Below are positions 30,844-41,400 of a stretch of DNA of 64,000 bases, in pieces. Origin of the DNA: an uncultured virus (IMG/VR IMGVR_UViG_3300027917_000036) (lineage: Duplodnaviria > Heunggongvirae > Uroviricota > Caudoviricetes); the IMG/VR virus record IMGVR_UViG_3300027917_000036; one strand, written 5' to 3'. The position numbers were made by a program, and so were the translations under genes. The notes under the pieces were generated by a model. The model searched no databases. It was not told where the DNA came from and worked only from the letters and a program-made list of their open reading frames with translations. The stretch's first letter is position 1. Every line of letters starts with the position of its first letter.

Positions 30844-31089
30844 TTATTCCCCCCTTGTTTTTTGTGACCACATTTCGAAGGATGGCTGCGGTCTTTCTAT
30901 AGCAGTTTTATATTCCATCCATCTTTTGTGTTCATTAGTATATCCCCACATAATAATACCGCAGAGAATACAAACAGCAGTCAATAGTATTGCTATTAAT
31001 GGTAAGTTCATTTTCTCCTCCTTATTATTACACGATTGTTTTTGATAACTTCTATGGTTGAATGTTTTTTTCCATGCCTCACTCGCCAT
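30844..31089 (-). CDS. Small membrane protein (start probably MNLPL)
   Basis: Single TM segment. Confidence 0.4.
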   Translation of the reverse strand: MASEAWKKTFNHRSYQKQSCNNKEEKMNLPLIAILLTAVCILCGIIMWGYTNEHKRWMEYKTAIERPQPSFEMWSQKTRGE

Positions 31090-31655
31090 GCCCTGTCACT
31101 TATATCAATGAGTTCCCAGTCATTAGTAACAAGAATAACTTGGAACTGTAGCTTATGACTTAAATGCTTAAGCATCATGCCAGCCTTGGTCATGAGTGTT
31201 CCAATAAAACGAAAGGGTTCATCGAATATAAAAACGTTCCGTGAGCGCGGTATCTCTAATGTCCAGAGGACTATTCGCAATGCTACGCCTATTATATCAA
31301 GGAGACCGCCTCCGTTGTCGTCTTTTGGGCTAAACTCTTCGCCGTCTTCGATTATTATTGGTTTGGCAAGAGTCTTATTTGAATGTTCATAAAACTGAAT
31401 AACAAACTCAAACGGCCTTGCGAACACTGCCTGTATTGCCATTGTGACAAGAGTTTCCACGTGTTTCTTAAAATTAGATTGTGTTAGTTTCGTGATTTCT
31501 ATAAGTATAAGCCTTGCCTGTTCTACTGCTTTTGCTTCGCGACGTAACTTTTTTATTTTCCTACGATTCTTACTTCGTTCATTCACCAGTAGCATCTTGT
31601 CGGCTATTAACTTATCAAATTCTTGTCTAAGATCCCTTGCGGTCGAGCTCATCAT
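31008..31655 (-). CDS. Rad50/SbcC-like ABC ATPase, C-terminal half
   Basis: Signature GGGLLD, Walker B FIFDEPF, QVILVT. Confidence 0.8.
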   Translation of the reverse strand: MMSSTARDLRQEFDKLIADKMLLVNERSKNRRKIKKLRREAKAVEQARLILIEITKLTQSNFKKHVETLVTMAIQAVFARPFEFVIQFYEHSNKTLAKPIIIEDGEEFSPKDDNGGGLLDIIGVALRIVLWTLEIPRSRNVFIFDEPFRFIGTLMTKAGMMLKHLSHKLQFQVILVTNDWELIDISDRAWRVRHGKKHSTIEVIKNNRVIIRRRK

Positions 31656-31914
31656 ATACTCCGTCTAATATAGATTCGGCTTCGCGATGAAATGCTTTTT
31701 CTTTCTTTTCAAGTTTCGCCAATTCTTCATCAATCGAAGAGAGCCGTTGTTTTGCTTTATTCGGGCTTGTCTTGTATTTTTTTCTCAATACCGAAGAGAA
31801 TTCGTGCATGCGCCTTTCACAGACCTTTATTTCTGTACTCACTGCTTCCAACTTTTCACGGAACATCTCAATGGATTCTTTAAACTTATCCATTCTATCT
31901 ATTTGTTTTTTCAT
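31627..31914 (-). CDS. Coiled-coil protein (possible middle piece of split Rad50)
   Basis: Heptad-rich; lies between the Mre11-like gene and the Rad50 C-terminal gene. Confidence 0.5.
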   Translation of the reverse strand: MKKQIDRMDKFKESIEMFREKLEAVSTEIKVCERRMHEFSSVLRKKYKTSPNKAKQRLSSIDEELAKLEKKEKAFHREAESILDGVYDELDRKGS

Positions 31915-32821
31915 TACTCATGACCTCTTCTAATACCAGCTTAACTTCGTCTGATACTATATTTTCCTTGAGATACAGTTTGATGTTTGTTTCTACTTTG
32001 GACCCCATACGAGCTTTTTGTTTAACGATATTTCTAATAAGATCATCGAATTCACTGCCTACATTTATCTTAGATTTTAGGTGCTCTCTGCTCAGTACAG
32101 ATGTCCCTTTTGCATGAGGAATTTCTTTATGCGTCATTGTGTTCTTTTCTGGATCATAGATATATATACCTGGGTGATGGTGCCATATATTATATTCAGT
32201 TGCTTCATAACGGATTAATGGTCCAGTGTTTACCATGAACCGTTTGAGTTTTTCCAGATAGAATTTTCTATGTATATCTCCAGCCAATATTACTCTGTAT
32301 CTTTTATTCCGTACGAGGAAACGCCAAGCATCAGAATATTTCTGGTTTGGGTATAATTCATGTGTCGCTAATGATTTGTGTATTACAAGGATATTTTTAT
32401 CCTTGGCTTTTGGTTTTGGAATCGGTTCTTTCCACCCAGCTCCATATACTTTAAATCCATTGATAACTGTTGGTTTAGAGTTAAGAACTGTAAGCCTATT
32501 GGTGGTGGCTAAAATACCCATATTTGTAGCTGTTTTCTTTATATCAGCATATAGATACATATCATGTTGCCCAAAGACAGTATATATTCTGGCTTTTGGG
32601 TATTTGTTCAATAACTTTATCAAACGAAATAATAAGTTCCATCCGCGTGGTGTATGTGTTAGATCACCAGCGATTAGTATAGGCCATTCTTTGCGATGTG
32701 CTAATCTTAATATGTAGGTGAATTTGCGGAAGAACACTTCTTCTAAGTTATCAAGTCTGGCGACTGGTGTTTGATTAGTAGCGTGCGTATCGCTAAGTAG
32801 TATAAAGTTCTTTGATCCCAT
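31895..32821 (-). CDS. Mre11/SbcD-like metallophosphoesterase nuclease
   Basis: SDTH, AGDL, GQHD, GDIH and NTGP motifs. Confidence 0.85.
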   Translation of the reverse strand: MGSKNFILLSDTHATNQTPVARLDNLEEVFFRKFTYILRLAHRKEWPILIAGDLTHTPRGWNLLFRLIKLLNKYPKARIYTVFGQHDMYLYADIKKTATNMGILATTNRLTVLNSKPTVINGFKVYGAGWKEPIPKPKAKDKNILVIHKSLATHELYPNQKYSDAWRFLVRNKRYRVILAGDIHRKFYLEKLKRFMVNTGPLIRYEATEYNIWHHHPGIYIYDPEKNTMTHKEIPHAKGTSVLSREHLKSKINVGSEFDDLIRNIVKQKARMGSKVETNIKLYLKENIVSDEVKLVLEEVMSNEKTNR

Positions 32822-33767
32822 GTTCTATGCTCCTAATGTTTTTCACTTTTCCAAAACAGAATGGGCATAATCCAGCTTCTTGTAATACCCTTACATATTC
32901 TTTCTGTGTTTTAAGTAATAAGTGTTTGCTTTTTTCAATCTTTTTCTTTTCTTGTAGTATATCAAAAAGTAGATCCTTTTCTTCTAATAACCGTTCGATC
33001 TTTCGAATAACTAATTCCATTTTATCTAATACGTTTCCGGCTTTAAGATATGCCTTGTAACGTTTGATTTCTATTTCAGTGTCTTCGATCTCGGCGAGTA
33101 TATTTTCAATATTGGAATATTCTTCTTCAAGTTTTAACCGCCGTTTTTCTGCCCTATGAAATTTTATGATTAGTTTGCCAGCACGTTCTATACCTTTATA
33201 TTTCTGGACCTGTCTTGCTGTGGAAGCATATTCTTCTCGAACCATTTTAAGTTGCATTTTAATGGCTGCGCTTCGCCTTGTCAATTGTTTAATCCAGCCA
33301 TCAGCGTCTTCTGCATTAGTAATGCTATTGATTGCTCTTGATATTTCTGGTCCAGAGTTTGATATTAAAAAATGTGGGTCCAACTGTTCTTGAATATTAA
33401 TATCCGACATATTGATTAGTTTGGCTACTACGTCTGGAATTGTAGTACCAGCACGATACTTTGTTGTTTCTTTTTGTGTTTTAACAATATATAGATTTTC
33501 TTTTTTACTTTTATATCTTGTAATGGAAATGTTATTATCAAATAGCACTTCTACGTAAGTGACATCTTCCTTAGTATATTTATGATGGAAGCGAAAACCC
33601 ATAGGTCTATTTTTGATAACCCATTCCAATGCTCGTATGATCGCTGTCTTCCCTGCTTGGCTGTACCCTACGATTGCATTAATGCCTGGAGAGAGATCCA
33701 ACACAATATGACGATACGGCTGAAAGTTATGAATAGTTATTCTAATAATCATTTGTACCATCCGCAT
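32793..33767 (-). CDS. Rad50/SbcC-like ATPase, N-terminal half with zinc hook
   Basis: IHNFQ, Walker A GYSQAGKT, Q-loop, coiled coil, terminal CPFC. Confidence 0.85.
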   Translation of the reverse strand: MRMVQMIIRITIHNFQPYRHIVLDLSPGINAIVGYSQAGKTAIIRALEWVIKNRPMGFRFHHKYTKEDVTYVEVLFDNNISITRYKSKKENLYIVKTQKETTKYRAGTTIPDVVAKLINMSDINIQEQLDPHFLISNSGPEISRAINSITNAEDADGWIKQLTRRSAAIKMQLKMVREEYASTARQVQKYKGIERAGKLIIKFHRAEKRRLKLEEEYSNIENILAEIEDTEIEIKRYKAYLKAGNVLDKMELVIRKIERLLEEKDLLFDILQEKKKIEKSKHLLLKTQKEYVRVLQEAGLCPFCFGKVKNIRSIEHGIKELYTT

Positions 33768-34030
33768 TTAGGTCTTATTATGCCTTGTTCTCTTCGCAAG
33801 CGTTTACGTAACTCTCTTCTAACGTGCCTTCTTATCATGATGTCGTCTCTTGTTTGGTTCGCAAGTTTTTTTATACGCTGTAACCCTATGCGTATTTTTA
33901 CCCCTGCTGCATCAGAACTTTTACGCGAATCAAACCGTTGAATTTCCTTCCGCAACCCGTTGATAATATCAATAATTTTATCTGTACTTTCCTCCACGGA
34001 TCGCGGTGACCCAACCTCGTCGTATGCCAT
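33749..34030 (-). CDS. Histone H1/Hc1-like small basic protein
   Basis: DAAGVKIRIGLQRIKKLA pattern. Confidence 0.5.
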   Translation of the reverse strand: MAYDEVGSPRSVEESTDKIIDIINGLRKEIQRFDSRKSSDAAGVKIRIGLQRIKKLANQTRDDIMIRRHVRRELRKRLRREQGIIRPKCGWYK

Positions 34031-34039
34031 CGCGAGCTC

Positions 34040-35017
34040 CTATATTAGATTGAATACCTTTTTCCATTCAGCAAACTTTTCTTCCTTTAAGAACGATATG
34101 AACCGATATTTATCGAAAACTTTTAGGAACTTTTTACGAGAAGGATTGTTTCTACGAGTAATAAGATGCCCTATATCTTCGGGCCTATAAGGGATTGTAA
34201 CGATCGGCAAGTTTCGACTTATCACCTCCTTCCCCTGCTTGGATGTAATAGCATCGTATATTTTCCCTGATGTTATTTCGCCACGTAAGTATTTCGTTGC
34301 TTTGGATGTTGTCTTCTTTGGATCGGAGACTCCTGCAATCCCAATAACACCATCTGTTTCGCAACCACCTATAGCCTTGGCCATTGGCCATTGATATGGT
34401 TCTATTCCATATTGTTTTCTGAACGTATCAATTGTAATAGTTTTCTTTTTTGTTAAGTTATAAACCCTGCATCTGTCTAATAGCTGATACATATCAGAAT
34501 CATTTGAAACAACGATTATGTCATAGTTATGTTTTCGGTGTAAACGTTCAACCCAGTAAGCAATAATATCATCGGCCTCGTAAAATGGTTTCCAATAATT
34601 CTTATGCAGACCCATTTCTGGCAAAACATCATTACGCAATACAAGGCTCTGTTCAATCATCCCTTTGCGGTCTGCTTTTTGTTGTGGTGTTCGCTTGTCT
34701 TTGCGGTGCTGTTTATAAGGAGCATAGTCTTTCTCTCTATGTGTGCGCCCACCGTCCCATGTCGTAATAAAATATTTCGGTTGGAACCTTTGTGATAACT
34801 TTAGCAACTGATACAGGTAGCCGTATATTACACCAGTTGGCTGTCCATTATACGACAACATACCCATTGTGTAAAATGCTGCATAGATAAGGTTGCTGGA
34901 ATCAAGAATTAATACAGTCTCTTTAGAATCTTTTCTTCCTTTGAAGGACGTCGTCTTTAAAAGACTGTTCAATTTTGTGCCAGACCTTTTCAGTTTCTTT
35001 TTGGAGTTCTTCCTCAA
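34040..35017 (-). CDS. 5'-3' exonuclease / flap endonuclease (Pol I N-terminal-like)
   Basis: LILDSSN, YAPYKQHR, YEADD, SNDSDMYQL, D.VIGIAGV; start inferred at TTG 35017 after GAGGAG. Confidence 0.85.
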   Translation of the reverse strand: MRKNSKKKLKRSGTKLNSLLKTTSFKGRKDSKETVLILDSSNLIYAAFYTMGMLSYNGQPTGVIYGYLYQLLKLSQRFQPKYFITTWDGGRTHREKDYAPYKQHRKDKRTPQQKADRKGMIEQSLVLRNDVLPEMGLHKNYWKPFYEADDIIAYWVERLHRKHNYDIIVVSNDSDMYQLLDRCRVYNLTKKKTITIDTFRKQYGIEPYQWPMAKAIGGCETDGVIGIAGVSDPKKTTSKATKYLRGEITSGKIYDAITSKQGKEVISRNLPIVTIPYRPEDIGHLITRRNNPSRKKFLKVFDKYRFISFLKEEKFAEWKKVFNLI

Positions 35018-36029
35018 GACCATTCTCCTCAATGTATTTAATAAAGCGTTTACGTCCGAATTCTTTGCCTTGAAAATTAATAGTACCTTTCCCCCATATA
35101 TAATCAATCATAGAATCAATGTCATCAAGGCCATAATCGTATAAGATTGTGAATTCACTTTCTCGAAATGGTTTGGCTACTTTGGAACGTTCTACTTTCA
35201 CTTCAGATTTGATGCCTGTCACTCGCTTTTGCCCTGACTTTGTGTGACGCATCTTTTCAACTTCTCTGATCCATGCAACCTGATGGGTATAGAAGTCCAG
35301 AGCTTTACCACCAGCGCGATAGGTTTTCTTTCCAAAAGTGGCGCCAATTTTTGTTCTTACTTGTGAAATGATAATAACCGTTGCATCAACGCGATTGTTT
35401 TGCATTGCTTTTGATAAGTACCGGAACCAGTCGCTTGCAAACTTTTGTTTTTCTAATTGGTAAGAACCTCCCTGTTCTGTATCTTCTTTGATACTTTTGT
35501 CCATCCGTTTTTCGCCAGCTTCTGTACCGAGTGCATCCCAAGAATCAATAATATATAATAAGTGATGTCCTGGTTCTAATTTACTTATGCGCCTTAAAAC
35601 ATCACGGCCCATGTGTTCAACCGTTTTGCTGCAACACCATGTAACTTTTTTATTGAAGGCTCTTCCGTACATATCAGTGATAGGAAAATCCATTGCTCCT
35701 TCAACATTGTTATACACTATATCAAATTTTGTGACCTTCTTAAAGATTTGTGAAACTACTTTTAGAATATTTGTAAACACCCAAAACGCTGCTTCCAGGG
35801 CAAGAACAGTTTTCCCACTACTGCCATCGCCGACAATATTGACAATACGTGCTCTTGCCCACCCTCCCTTTGGGCCATACCCACTGAGAGCAAGGTTCAA
35901 TGTAGTACTGCCAGATCCGATAAACTCTACTGGGCTTTGCTTTTCTTTCTTTCTTCTTTTAATACTTTGTTTAACGGAATTGGCATTTCTTCGGGTAGTA
36001 TCTCCTCTTCTGTTGATTTTACGTCCCAT
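34923..36029 (-). CDS. recA: RecA/UvsX recombinase
   Basis: GDGSSGKT, IIDSWDAL, IISQVRTKIG, GGKALDFY, KVAKPFR. Confidence 0.9.
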   Translation of the reverse strand: MGRKINRRGDTTRRNANSVKQSIKRRKKEKQSPVEFIGSGSTTLNLALSGYGPKGGWARARIVNIVGDGSSGKTVLALEAAFWVFTNILKVVSQIFKKVTKFDIVYNNVEGAMDFPITDMYGRAFNKKVTWCCSKTVEHMGRDVLRRISKLEPGHHLLYIIDSWDALGTEAGEKRMDKSIKEDTEQGGSYQLEKQKFASDWFRYLSKAMQNNRVDATVIIISQVRTKIGATFGKKTYRAGGKALDFYTHQVAWIREVEKMRHTKSGQKRVTGIKSEVKVERSKVAKPFRESEFTILYDYGLDDIDSMIDYIWGKGTINFQGKEFGRKRFIKYIEENGLEEELQKETEKVWHKIEQSFKDDVLQRKKRF

Positions 36030-36215
36030 GATTCCTCCATCTCCAAAGGGCCGATTTCCTCCGTTATATGTTTTTCTCCGTTCAATAATCGTTCATTCCT
36101 AAAGTCTTGCGCTGCTTCATACTCTTTTACCTTAGACCAGTCCTGATGCAGGAGTCCTTTATTAGGAAGAAACAAATTGCCCGTACGTGCCAGTAGCTCG
36201 ATGCCTTTCATTGTG

Positions 36216-36458
36216 CTACACCTCCTTTCCAGCATCACGTAATTTGTTTTCTTCTAATGCATGAATATGCAGATGTTTGATAATAGATACTTTCAGGTTT
36301 CTAAGTGCAACACGGAGTTCTGCCACTTCATAAGTAAGTGACCCCTCTGTTACTGCCAATACGTCTCTATCACTTACACTTTCAGGTATATTGGTCATTT
36401 TACGTATCTCCGCAGCAATCTTTTCCAACTCCTTTTGTCTTACTTTATTCCTTTCCAT
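36216..36458 (-). CDS. Hypothetical protein
   Basis: ORF in operon. Confidence 0.4.
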   Translation of the reverse strand: MERNKVRQKELEKIAAEIRKMTNIPESVSDRDVLAVTEGSLTYEVAELRVALRNLKVSIIKHLHIHALEENKLRDAGKEV

Positions 36459-36524
36459 AACATTATACCCTCGCCTGTATTAAACCCTGTGAGTGCTTAA
36501 TACGGTCCTTCTATAAGGTTTTAT

Positions 36525-37721
36525 TTATTCCTCCAGTCCCATTTCTTCCATGATCATTTCCCGTAGTTCGTCTTCATCATCCGCATCATCAGGATCAACC
36601 TCAAGATTATTTTTCTTGATGAACCTTTTCAGTTTAGTAGTATTCATATCTTCCAACTTATCGATGAGCTCTTCTTTCTCTTCATCGGAGAGTTCATTGT
36701 CGTCATCGTCATCGTCATCATCTCCAGGTTCATTAGAACGTTCTTCGATTGCTTCTTTGATGGCTTCTACGGCATCATCCAGGTCCATGCGTTTTTTGAT
36801 CTTAACATCTAATTCATAGTTTTCTATAAATTCTTTGAGATCTTCTTTCACATCGTCCAGATCATCTTCACCATCAACAATCTCATCCAGCTCTTCGAGA
36901 ATATCAGAGGAGGAATCGTCTGGTTTCGATGATTCCTTTTTCTTGCTCCCTTTATCATCACCACCTGCATATGCCTCAGCCACCTCATCATATTCAGGAA
37001 TGTGGACTATTTCATCGAGGGTGAAAGCATCATCGAATAGAGCATCATCAATCTCATAATCCCTATCATCAAAGGCAAAACCAATAGCGGATGGATAGTC
37101 GTTTTTGCTTTTGGCCGGCTCCGTGGTCCAATTAATGCATTTGCCTTTCTTGGGATGTACAAAATTAATAGTCTTATCTCTTTTACCATGACGGCCTTTT
37201 TTCTTGCTAATGGCCATGACGTGTTTTTCAAAATAGTGCCAACTGACGTCGAAGACCTGTATACCCTTTTCTTCTTCACCCTTATCATATAGGATAATAT
37301 TGTATAAGTTCCTACGTTTGGGAAATAGTGCTTTCCAAACTTTTTCGTCAGCTCCCTTTTCCCTCAGTCTCTGCCGATGCTCACAGATAGGGCATTTCTT
37401 GTTGAACATTTCTGCCAAACACAAATACATCATGTTATTAGGGCCAACGTTTGGATGTGCCCAATATTCATACGTATAAGTGGGATCGCCTTCATCAACG
37501 AGAGGATCATATTTGCCGGCAGTGTAAGGGATCACGTCGGCAGAGTGATCGCCATCTTTTAGGCGCACCATAGGCACCGATTCATCTGCAATAATGTTTT
37601 TAATACGACCTTGGGTTCTGTCTTGTCCGGTTTTAATCCTCTTTTCAAGAGCATCGCCCATGCTTTTTCTCTTGTCTCTTCTGCTTTTCATCGATTTGTT
37701 TCCTTTCTTTTTCTTTGCCAT
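36525..37721 (-). CDS. Single-stranded DNA-binding protein (gp32-like) with acidic C-terminus
   Basis: H...C...CPICE Zn motif, RNLYNII, long D/E-rich tail. Confidence 0.7.
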   Translation of the reverse strand: MAKKKKGNKSMKSRRDKRKSMGDALEKRIKTGQDRTQGRIKNIIADESVPMVRLKDGDHSADVIPYTAGKYDPLVDEGDPTYTYEYWAHPNVGPNNMMYLCLAEMFNKKCPICEHRQRLREKGADEKVWKALFPKRRNLYNIILYDKGEEEKGIQVFDVSWHYFEKHVMAISKKKGRHGKRDKTINFVHPKKGKCINWTTEPAKSKNDYPSAIGFAFDDRDYEIDDALFDDAFTLDEIVHIPEYDEVAEAYAGGDDKGSKKKESSKPDDSSSDILEELDEIVDGEDDLDDVKEDLKEFIENYELDVKIKKRMDLDDAVEAIKEAIEERSNEPGDDDDDDDDNELSDEEKEELIDKLEDMNTTKLKRFIKKNNLEVDPDDADDEDELREMIMEEMGLEE

Positions 37722-37783
37722 TTTTATTTCCTCCTTTTTTTCATTGGATAAAATTGTGCCATGATTTTGGCATCGCCCTCACA

Positions 37784-37975
37784 TTATTCATCTTTATTCT
37801 TTTCATTTTTCTGGTCCTTTGATAACTTTATAGTCAGTCGATTAAACTCTTCGTGAAATGATCTGGCAAATCCAGCACCAGCCAATCTTGCTGCAATGTA
37901 TACAGCAACGCATCCAGCAACTGTTATACCGCCAATCTTAAGAGCCGATAATAATGCATGAATAAATGTTTCCAC
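37784..37975 (-). CDS. Small membrane protein
   Basis: Hydrophobic segment. Confidence 0.4.
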   Translation of the reverse strand: METFIHALLSALKIGGITVAGCVAVYIAARLAGAGFARSFHEEFNRLTIKLSKDQKNEKNKDE

Positions 37976-38469
37976 TATTTTCCTCTTTTTAAATCTTTTA
38001 GGATATCTTTCTTTGTACGTCTGGTCATAATTTCTTTATGTTCAACATCTATACGTGGTTCTATAAAATGTAACTGTAAATTTAAATCGACAAGTTTTTC
38101 CAACATCTTCTTACGATGATTAAATGCAATTTGAGCATTCTTAAGAATTCTTTCGTCATGACATGCATTTCTGTATAGGCGAGTGAGACGGAGAACTCGC
38201 GCATCTTTTGTGACTGCAAGTTTAATAGCACCTTCTGTTGCCTTGCCGTCTGGTATGTCGTACTCATCAGGATTCTTGCGTACTTCCAAATCCACTTCGG
38301 CCCTTAACAATTCCAACTTATCACGGATCCGTTCTTTTTCAGTGGTTGCTTCCGCTGCTTTGTTTGCCCATTCCATAAATAATTGGGGTTGTTCTAATAG
38401 TTCTGTATCCAGAGCAAACTTATCAATTCTAACAGCTCTGTACCCTATTTTGTCGCGTTTCTTTTTCAT
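37975..38469 (-). CDS. UvsY-like recombination mediator
   Basis: Helical; ATEGAIK..V..D...AF..RK.ML pattern; lies next to SSB. Confidence 0.5.
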   Translation of the reverse strand: MKKKRDKIGYRAVRIDKFALDTELLEQPQLFMEWANKAAEATTEKERIRDKLELLRAEVDLEVRKNPDEYDIPDGKATEGAIKLAVTKDARVLRLTRLYRNACHDERILKNAQIAFNHRKKMLEKLVDLNLQLHFIEPRIDVEHKEIMTRRTKKDILKDLKRGK

Positions 38470-38483
38470 ATTATTATTATACC

Positions 38484-41400
38484 TTATTTTAAGGCTTTAT
38501 ATAGATTAGCAAAACTCTTGATAGCTGCCGTGAAATAGTGTTTATTGTCAGGATTATGCAAAACAAATGATGGATGTACTGACCAGACTATCCAGCAACC
38601 ATGGCTTTCATCCCATGTAATAGACCCACTTATACCTACGATGCCGCTCTTCTTTCCGGTAAAGAATTCTTGTGATGTGTTTCCAAATGCTAAGATAATA
38701 ATAGGGTTTACCTCCTTGATTTCTCGCCTGATAAATTTTGAGCACACCTTAATCTGTTCGCTGTTTGGTTTTCTACTTATACTTGGATAACACTTGTTGA
38801 TATTTGTGATATGGAACATCGCCCTTCTCAATTTATATTGTTTTAATTCTGTCCATATCATATTGCCTGATCGGCCTATAAAACCTTTGCCTTTACGATC
38901 TTCATCTGGCCCAGGAGCTTCACCAGTGATAATAACATTTATTCTTCCTGGACTTGGATGAACAGGAGCCGATGCTTGATCGCGTAGCTCACAATCGTGG
39001 CATCTTGATAAGTTATTATGACCTTCGAATGCAATATTATTAATTAATCGTTTGCGTGGCTTATATTTTGTTATGGCTGCCAGATCACCATGTACTATAC
39101 GTTCCATGCGGTCAAGACGTATAGAACCAAATATCTTTGATAACTGCGGATAAGCGTTTTTAGCAGATGTAACAATACGGAATTCAAACAGGTCTTTAAC
39201 GCTTTGGCTGATGTTGGTTTGTTGGACAGTAACGTCGTAAGCACCGATACTTTTTAATAGCTTGCCCATTTGTCCCTTGTGTTGCTGAACAGTAGGCGTT
39301 TCTTTTTTATTAAAGAACTTTGTGATCCCATTTTTATTATTGGATTGGGCTGCTGTTATTGCTTTCTTTTCTCCAAGCCCTTTTACTTCTATGAATGGAA
39401 CAAATAATTGTCGTCCTCTTGCGCGCCAGACAAAGGGATCACTAATGCCGACTTTTGGCAATACTAATACAAGTCCTAAACGATATGCCTCTTCTACTAA
39501 TTCAGCTTTCTTTTTTTGAGCACCATGGGTAAGGCTTGCGCAAATAAATTCTGTTGGGTAGTACTGTTTTAACCATCCGCACCAATAACCAAGGATAGCA
39601 TATTCTACGGAATGTGACTTATTAAAACCATAACGTGCCCATTCTTGCAATCCTTCCCAGAATTCATCCGCTTCCGTGCGGTTAAATATCTTTTCTTTGA
39701 TGCAACCTTTAATAAAAGTCTTACGATACTGTTCGAATTCTTTTGGGTCTCTTTTCTTTCCAATAATCTTTCTAATTTTATCTGCTGTACTATAAGGAAG
39801 TCCAGCCACCTTGCTGATAATAGACATGACTTGTTCTTGATATACCAATAGACCATAAGTTTCTTTTGTTAATTCTTCATATACTTCATGCCTTCTATTC
39901 CATTCCTTTCCATTTTTCCTCTTAATATATTCTTCTGTCATGCCAGAAGCCGATGGGCCTGGACGTACGAGAGCAAGGCTTGCAGTAACATGGGAAAATG
40001 TTAGTTTTCCCATTTCTGTTAGTAAACTTGTCATGGCCCAAGTATTCATTTGAAATAGACCAACAGTATGCCCATCACTTATATTTTTAAAAACTTTTTC
40101 ATCGTCTAAAGGTATTGTTGTAAGATCAATATCTTTATTATAGTTATCTTTGATAAGTTTTTTTGTTTCGCTTAGAATGGATAAGAGTTTTAACCCAAGG
40201 GCATCGATCTTTAATAGGCCAACATATTCAGTATCTTCTTTCTCCCAGTTGACAAGTGTTACGCCGTCACGTTCTAATAAATTGCATCTTCCTGTTTGGC
40301 CTATAGGGGAACGGCTCACAACGATTGCTGCAGCATGTTGGCTGTAACCACGTACCTGCCCTTCGAGCCTTTTTGCATATTTTATTACATGCGGATATTC
40401 ATTGGCAAACTCTTGCCCTTCAGGATATTCATCGATAACATCTTGAATAGCATCATCGGTGTCTGTTTCATCTATTAGTTTAGCGAACCTATCAACTTCT
40501 CCATCTGGTACTTCGAAAACACGAGCAACGTCACGTACTACCGATCTTCCTTTTAACCTATTAAAACTGCTTACGCCAGCAATATTATTTTCACCATACA
40601 TTTCCTCAAGATGCTGTCTAACAAGATGCCTCTTAGTATGTTCAAAATCAATATCAATATCTGGCAAGTCTATACGATCTTCGCTAATGAAACGGCTGAA
40701 CAGTAATCCATGTTCAATAGGGTCGACCGATGTGATGCCCATTAGATAAGCTATTAGTGATCCTCCAACTGATCCTCTTCCTGGACCAACAAGAATATTA
40801 TTCTCCTTGCACCAAGCGATTAGTTCCCAGACTATTAGAAAGTAGCGGACAAATTTTTTCTTGATAATAAGATTTAGTTCTTCTTTAAATCTGCTGATGT
40901 ACTGAGGAGCACTGTTCATGTCCTTACCGAATATCTTTTTAAAGTTATCATGGCATAGGTTAATCATAAATGCTGGTTCAGCCGTGAGATGAATGCCACG
41001 ACCCTTAACACGAGGTAGCTTGACGGGCATTTGTTTGATTGTAAATCCAGAACACTTCTCAGCCAGTTCTATTGTATTATCAAGACTTTCGTCCACAAGT
41101 TTAGGTTTTAATTCTCCCTGTTTTCTGTAGGCTCTTCTCATATCCCGCTCTGAGCGAAGATATAAGCCTGTGAATGTAAAGCGAAAGCGTTTTGGGTCTT
41201 TCCACTTGGCTTTACTTTGAATGGCCAATAATACTTCTTGTGCCTTGGCATCGCCACGTTTAATATAATGGCAGTCGTTTGTGGAAATAAGTTTTCCTCC
41301 ATACTTTTGTGCAAGTTTTATAACTTTTGCATTTGCATCTAATTGCTGAGGCATGTTATGGGGCATAATCTCAAAATATAGATCCGGGCCCAACCTATCA

